Virus record (IMG/VR): IMGVR_UViG_3300023184_000072 | Span: 22,305 to 86,304 of that record | Source of the DNA: a virus | Strand: one strand, 5' to 3' | DNA length: 64,000 bases | In this document: one piece after another, positions 59,766-64,000 of the stretch | How the letters are laid out: every line of letters starts with the position of its first letter | Numbering within the stretch: the stretch's first letter is position 1 | Program-made: the position numbers and the translations under genes | Notes under the pieces: model-generated | The model's database searches: none | Seen by the model: the letters and a program-made list of their open reading frames with translations, nothing else | Told to the model about the DNA's origin: nothing

Positions 59766-59957
59766 ATGAGAGCAGAAGAAATACAACAGAGATTACAAGA
59801 TATCAGAATGGAATTATATTCCTTAGATAGTCTTAGAGATGGTAACGATGATGTGAACATACACATTATTGAAGAAAGAATAACAGAGTTACAACAAGAG
59901 AAGTATAACCTTCAAGACCTCTTAGAGAGTTGTTTTGATCAAATGATTGGTTTATGA
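59766..59957 (+). CDS. Hypothetical coiled-coil protein (63 aa)
   Basis: ORF track. Confidence 0.65.
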   Translation: MRAEEIQQRLQDIRMELYSLDSLRDGNDDVNIHIIEERITELQQEKYNLQDLLESCFDQMIGL

Positions 59958-60127
59958 TAATATTATTATACATTTTTCTTTCCTACATGATAATGTTAGG
60001 AATGATATTAGAATCTTACCCACATAGTGATAATGTACCATATTATATGTGGTTTATGTGGCTATTGAGTCCATTTGTATTTCCTATCATTCTTGGTATG
60101 GAAATAGTTTCTAAAAACAAAAACTAA
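59954..60127 (+). CDS. Small two-TM membrane protein, 57 aa (absent from the ORF track)
   Basis: MIILLYIFLSYMIMLGMILE..YMWFMWLLSPFVFPIILGMEIVSKNKN; ATGA overlap. Confidence 0.6.
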   Translation: MIILLYIFLSYMIMLGMILESYPHSDNVPYYMWFMWLLSPFVFPIILGMEIVSKNKN

Positions 60128-60132
60128 ATAAC

Positions 60133-60372
60133 ATGAAAAAACAAGAAAAACCAATTGAAGAGACAATTAAATTGCTTACAGAACTTGTAGAAGGTCAACA
60201 AAGAGCATTAGACATGGCTAACAATCTACTTGATATGAAAAGTAAACTTGTAGAACTATGTGAAGAAGAAGTGGAGATATACAAACATAATAATGTAAAT
60301 CTTTATAAAACAGTTATATGTCTTTCTGTATTACTTGTTATTTCAGCTTTTCTTCATATTATTAGATTATGA
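60133..60372 (+). CDS. Coiled-coil protein with C-terminal TM (79 aa)
   Basis: ORF track. Confidence 0.65.
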   Translation: MKKQEKPIEETIKLLTELVEGQQRALDMANNLLDMKSKLVELCEEEVEIYKHNNVNLYKTVICLSVLLVISAFLHIIRL

Positions 60373-60524
60373 GACGTAGAATATACAAAGGAACATTAGT
60401 GGGTTCAACTAATTCTCTTAGAAAAATAAAAGCTAGGAGGTTAATAGTTGAAGTGTTATACAATTTCAGATATGGGATTGTAACAGAGAAGACAATTGAT
60501 GTTAGACAAAACATTGAACAATAA
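60369..60524 (+). CDS. Small basic protein, 51 aa (absent from the ORF track)
   Basis: MRRRIYKGTLVG..; ATGA overlap with the previous stop. Confidence 0.55.
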   Translation: MRRRIYKGTLVGSTNSLRKIKARRLIVEVLYNFRYGIVTEKTIDVRQNIEQ

Positions 60525-60538
60525 ATTTGGTTAATTTG

Positions 60539-60570
60539 TTTGTTTTATTTATCCCTGTAGATTATATTTG
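60539..60570 (+). promoter_or_regulatory. Bacteroidota-type promoter TTTG-N20-TATATTTG for tmRNA
   Basis: Exact consensus ending 17 nt before the tmRNA 5' G; embedded in the hairpin ATCCCTG..CAGGGAT. Confidence 0.75.
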
Positions 60571-60890
60571 CAGGGATATTTATTTATGGGGGTGACTGGT
60601 TTTGACAGGTTACCAATAATTAATACAATCAGCCAGAGAGATAACTGTAAACTAAGGTGAATTTAATTAAATGGCAAAAACAATTCTCGTGTTGTGTCTC
60701 TAGGAGATTACGCACAAATCGAAGCTAACATGAATACAGTATTCTCTTTATTAGGAGAAGAAGTCCTTGTAGCAGCCTAAATTGAATAAGATTTCTCTAT
60801 TAGATTAAATAGAGTGGTGGAAACGTTGAGCTGAGCTTGACCCTATAAGCTGTATAAATTGTATTAACGAAAGTAGTTTGGACGTGGGTT

Positions 60891-61586
60891 TGGAAATTGG
60901 ACCCATTACATAGGAATATGTAATTAAAAATTGCTTGAATTGCTGGAACGCTAAGTCAGAAATGATATGCCAATCAGCAGCCAAGCTCACTAGAAGAAGT
61001 GAGAAGGTTCAGAGACTAGGGACACTAAGGTGAGCCCACAGTAAGCAACATCTAGAACAGATGATGATATAGTCCGATCCCTACAGAAATGTAGGAAGAA
61101 AGAATAGTCTTTCATAGGCTAACTTTCTTATAGCTTGTTTATTTGTGTATTTACCATTTCTAACGGTAACTACATCATGGTACTTCAAGACTGTGTTTAT
61201 ACGATGTAACTTTTTAGGATGGTGAGAATCTATAAGTCTACAAAATTTTAAACACTCTTGATTGCTATTACATGTTAAAGAATAACCTGTAGCATGGTTT
61301 TCTTTTCTAGAAGCTTTTGTTGATAGATGTAATTTTATATTATGTTCTTCTAACATATATTTTTGAATCTCTTCAAGGATATTAATGTATGTGTTAGTAA
61401 AATCTAATCTAATTGTTTTATACAATTCGTTTTTAGATTTCTTACATAGTGTAATTGAACCATCAGCATCAAAGAAGCCTGAAATGTATTGTAGTGTCAT
61501 GATAAATATGTTTTTAGATATGGTGTAAATCTACAACATGTCCTAGACATATGCAAGTAAAGTGACAACAAGTTATTAACAAAATG
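60891..61586 (+). mobile_element. Group I self-splicing intron in the tmRNA T-loop (696 nt)
   Basis: P1 GGGTT/GACCC with U:G at the splice site; P AATTGCTGGAA, Q AATCAGCAG, R GTTCAGAGACTA, S GATATAGTCC; P3 TTGCTT/AAGCAA; terminal G at 61586. Confidence 0.93.
61081..61500 (-). CDS. Single-motif LAGLIDADG homing endonuclease, antisense inside the intron (139 aa)
   Basis: LQYISGFFDADGSI motif helix followed by a beta-saddle (IRLDFTNT). Confidence 0.88.
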   Translation of the reverse strand: MTLQYISGFFDADGSITLCKKSKNELYKTIRLDFTNTYINILEEIQKYMLEEHNIKLHLSTKASRKENHATGYSLTCNSNQECLKFCRLIDSHHPKKLHRINTVLKYHDVVTVRNGKYTNKQAIRKLAYERLFFLPTFL

Positions 61587-61773
61587 CGACTCCCACCACC
61601 TCCACTCATAATGCTGATTATCAATCAGTTAAAGAAAGCAGTTGCTTGATGTCAAATATGTACAGCAACAGACATTAGAGAAATTTGGCTTCTCATGAAT
61701 GTTAAGTCCTTTCCACACAGAGAAGGAGTTGAGTACTTTATGGTTTGGGTTTTACTAGTGCCAATCTCAACAT

Positions 61774-61804
61774 AAAGGCTATCAGAAATGGTAGCCTTTT
61801 TTAT
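61774..61804 (+). terminator. Intrinsic terminator
   Basis: AAAGGCTATC-AGAAAT-GGTAGCCTTTTTT. Confidence 0.8.
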
Positions 61805-61832
61805 TTTGTATTAATCCTTAATAACAATAGAA

Positions 61833-61979
61833 ATGAAAACAATTGAATTACAACCAACTGAGTTTTATCAGTTCAGACAATTAGCATTTGCAATGTGTAT
61901 TGCATTTGCATGTACAATAGCACATGGTGTGTATATTGTAGAAGCCAATATAGACCAACTAGAAAAGTTGGGTTATTAA
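61833..61979 (+). CDS. Hypothetical protein, 48 aa (absent from the ORF track)
   Basis: MKTIELQPTEFYQFRQLAF..LEKLGY; followed by a GGGCTCT..AGAGCCC hairpin. Confidence 0.6.
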   Translation: MKTIELQPTEFYQFRQLAFAMCIAFACTIAHGVYIVEANIDQLEKLGY

Positions 61980-62036
61980 GGAGGGGAATATATGGGCTCT
62001 GTAACAAGAGCCCTTATTCTTTAAATCAATAAAATT

Positions 62037-62216
62037 ATGAGTCTATTAAAAGAAACAAAGAGAGTGTTATTAAAGAAAGATACAGGTATTGTGTCTTTTG
62101 TAAACAATGAAGGCTCTTCAACACATGTATTGTATATTAATAAACCTAAAACAATCAAACAAAAAGATTTTGAAGAGATAATGCAATCATTAGAAATAAA
62201 ATTTAAAAAATCATGA
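62037..62216 (+). CDS. Hypothetical protein, 59 aa (absent from the ORF track)
   Basis: MSLLKETKRV..KFKKS; A-rich leader. Confidence 0.6.
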   Translation: MSLLKETKRVLLKKDTGIVSFVNNEGSSTHVLYINKPKTIKQKDFEEIMQSLEIKFKKS

Positions 62217-62380
62217 GAAGATATTTATTATACTATTACACAGAAAAGAATGATGAATGTCATGATGTAGAGACAATCATTGAAGCAGACAACATTGAAG
62301 AAGCTATTAAGTTCTTTAAATCAAGAATTAGAATATATAAACGTATAACAACAATAACAGAATTGCCTTATGAAAAATAA
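62213..62380 (+). CDS. Hypothetical protein, 55 aa (absent from the ORF track)
   Basis: MRRYLLYYY..IIEADNIEEAI..; ATGA overlap. Confidence 0.6.
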   Translation: MRRYLLYYYTEKNDECHDVETIIEADNIEEAIKFFKSRIRIYKRITTITELPYEK

Positions 62381-62759
62381 CATACACATATTACCAACAG
62401 ATAAACCAAGTAGGATTTACTTAATTAAATCAAACAACAGATTAGGTATTACTTCTGACAACCCAGAATTTACAGAGAACTTCGGTAGTGGAACTCAAAA
62501 CCAAAACATCTACATCACTTCTGATGAAGAAATTAAAGAAGGAGATTGGTTTTATTCTGTAAGAGAATTAATTGAAAAAGCAATAATTAATTATCCTAAA
62601 GGAGAAAATTTTGGTAAAATCATCCTAACAACAGACCAAGACTTAATTAAAGATGGTGTACAAGCTATTGATAATGAGTTTTTAGAATGGTTTGTTAAGA
62701 ATCCAAGTTGTGAGGAGATTGAGATTGAAAAATGGTTTGAACAATTTAAAAAAAAATAA
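62370..62759 (+). CDS. Hypothetical phage protein (129 aa)
   Basis: ORF track; NIYITSDEEIKEGDW..KIILTTDQDLI. Confidence 0.75.
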   Translation: MKNNIHILPTDKPSRIYLIKSNNRLGITSDNPEFTENFGSGTQNQNIYITSDEEIKEGDWFYSVRELIEKAIINYPKGENFGKIILTTDQDLIKDGVQAIDNEFLEWFVKNPSCEEIEIEKWFEQFKKK

Positions 62760-62763
62760 GATT

Positions 62764-62958
62764 ATGACACTAAAAGAAAAGTTTGATTGGTATTTATCTG
62801 GTGGGGAGAATTGTCCAGAAGTGGAAGAATGTGCTAAAATAGCAGATGAATTTGCTATTGGATTTGCAGAGTGGTTAAATTTTAATTTTAAACTTGATTT
62901 TTCAGATAAAGCATTTGAAGAATTATTAATGGTTTATAAAAAAGAAAAAGAATTATGA
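62764..62958 (+). CDS. Hypothetical protein (likely start MTLKEKF, 64 aa)
   Basis: ORF 62692..62958 trimmed to the ATG after the previous stop. Confidence 0.65.
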   Translation: MTLKEKFDWYLSGGENCPEVEECAKIADEFAIGFAEWLNFNFKLDFSDKAFEELLMVYKKEKEL

Positions 62959-63329
62959 AAAAACTATTATTAGCACTATTGTTTAGTGCATCAATGTTCT
63001 CTCAAACAGAGACATTTGTTAAGAATTATACATCTTATATATCACAATCAAAAGGTGTATTACAACCATGGGTTGCTTTAAATCTTACAGTGGTGTTTAA
63101 TGCTAACAAAACCAGTGATATTATATTCTATTATTCAGATGGTAGAAAAAAAATATTAAAACAAATAGGTGATGTTAGAGAAGACAAAACTAAAGGTGAT
63201 GAGAAATATCAAATCATTAATGTAATTAATGAAGATGGAAAAGAAATGTCATTACAATTGTTTGATAATGATACAGCAATGAGACTTCTTATTGATGATG
63301 GATATTATATTGAATTTCATAACGATTAA
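62955..63329 (+). CDS. Secreted/periplasmic protein with signal peptide (124 aa)
   Basis: MKKLLLALLFSASMFS-Q, a Bacteroidota-type signal peptide followed by Gln. Confidence 0.7.
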   Translation: MKKLLLALLFSASMFSQTETFVKNYTSYISQSKGVLQPWVALNLTVVFNANKTSDIIFYYSDGRKKILKQIGDVREDKTKGDEKYQIINVINEDGKEMSLQLFDNDTAMRLLIDDGYYIEFHND

Positions 63330-63330
63330 C

Positions 63331-63591
63331 ATGACAAAGAAAGAAAGAATCTTATATCACAAACTAGCAGCATTGAGTAATCTATTAATAATGGAACTAG
63401 ATGAGATGAAACCTACAGCAGAGATTGGTGCAAACATGCATCAGAAGGCTAAAGAGTTTATTATTGCATTAGAACCATTTATAGAAGCATCATTTGATAG
63501 TGAGCAAGTGAGAAGTGGAACATATTTAATAGATCTTTGCCACAAGGTAGATACAGTGATAAGAAAAAATTACGAACAAATAACAGATTAA
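63331..63591 (+). CDS. Hypothetical protein (likely start MTKKER)
   Basis: ORF track. Confidence 0.65.
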   Translation: MTKKERILYHKLAALSNLLIMELDEMKPTAEIGANMHQKAKEFIIALEPFIEASFDSEQVRSGTYLIDLCHKVDTVIRKNYEQITD

Positions 63592-63593
63592 AG

Positions 63594-63827
63594 ATGAAAA
63601 TAGAAAACGGAAAATGGAGAGACCAATATGGTGATCCTGTAACAGTATTTAACTTCAATGAGTTAAAAGAAATAGGAGAAAAGGTGACAGCAGTGTATGG
63701 TGAAAACATCACTTACAATAGAATAGAACTTATATCTTCTATAAAAGATTTATCAGAGAGAGAAGAGAATGGTCTTGCTCAACTACTAACAAGTGATTAT
63801 AACATTTCTAAACTAGCAGGATATTAA
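63594..63827 (+). CDS. Hypothetical protein (likely start MKIENG)
   Basis: ORF track. Confidence 0.65.
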   Translation: MKIENGKWRDQYGDPVTVFNFNELKEIGEKVTAVYGENITYNRIELISSIKDLSEREENGLAQLLTSDYNISKLAGY

Positions 63828-63829
63828 TT

Positions 63830-64000
63830 ATGGCAACATTAACAAAAGCAATACAAGATGTATTAGATAACACAAGTGATGTGTTATATAGACAAGAGAT
63901 TTATATCAATGATAGACATGAATATGATTATCATAAACTTCAAGTTACACCAGATGTAATAGTTCATACATTATATTATAGTGATGATTTTGAATGGGCT
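63830..64000 (+). CDS. Partial hypothetical protein (MATLTKAIQDV...)
   Basis: Open to the window edge. Confidence 0.55.
   Translation, partial: MATLTKAIQDVLDNTSDVLYRQEIYINDRHEYDYHKLQVTPDVIVHTLYYSDDFEWA

Larger units (their letters stand above)
60588..61604 (+). ncRNA. ssrA: tmRNA; exons 60588-60890 and 61587-61604
   Basis: 5' GGGGGTGACTGGTTTTGAC; acceptor stem GGGGGTG/CACCTCC-A with G3:U wobble; spliced T-arm GTGGG-TTCGACT-CCCAC; tag ORF 60673-60780 ending VLVAA-stop. Confidence 0.95.

Noticed and set aside
60805-60990. 61-aa minus-strand ORF
   Set aside because: Overlaps the tmRNA and intron catalytic core; no protein features
61587-61608. tRNA 3' fragment or attP site
   Set aside because: Fully explained as tmRNA exon 2; no integrase in the window

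Overview
An AT-rich 64 kb segment of a crAss-like phage (Crassvirales-type). Host-type TAnnTTTG/TTTG promoters indicate a Bacteroidota host, probably Flavobacteriia-like. Positions 1-57.6 kb form a minus-strand late/virion module. In transcription order it has HU/IHF-like and small genes, terminase, portal, scaffold, major capsid protein, head/ring proteins, a block of Cys-rich proteins with poly-Thr linkers, a metallophosphoesterase, a tail stabilisation (muzzle-type) gene apparently split in three, two motif-punctuated cargo proteins, a 4222-aa virion RNA polymerase, a 1688-aa protein with a nuclease domain, and holin-like genes. From 57.9 kb the strand switches to small plus-strand genes and non-coding RNAs. 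The clearest unannotated system is a phage tmRNA (60588-61604) with an unusually long 35-aa tag. Its T-loop is interrupted by a complete group I intron (60891-61586) that carries a LAGLIDADG homing endonuclease on the antisense strand. Several other structured RNA candidates lie nearby. Protein family calls come from motif recognition and gene order only; no database searches were run.
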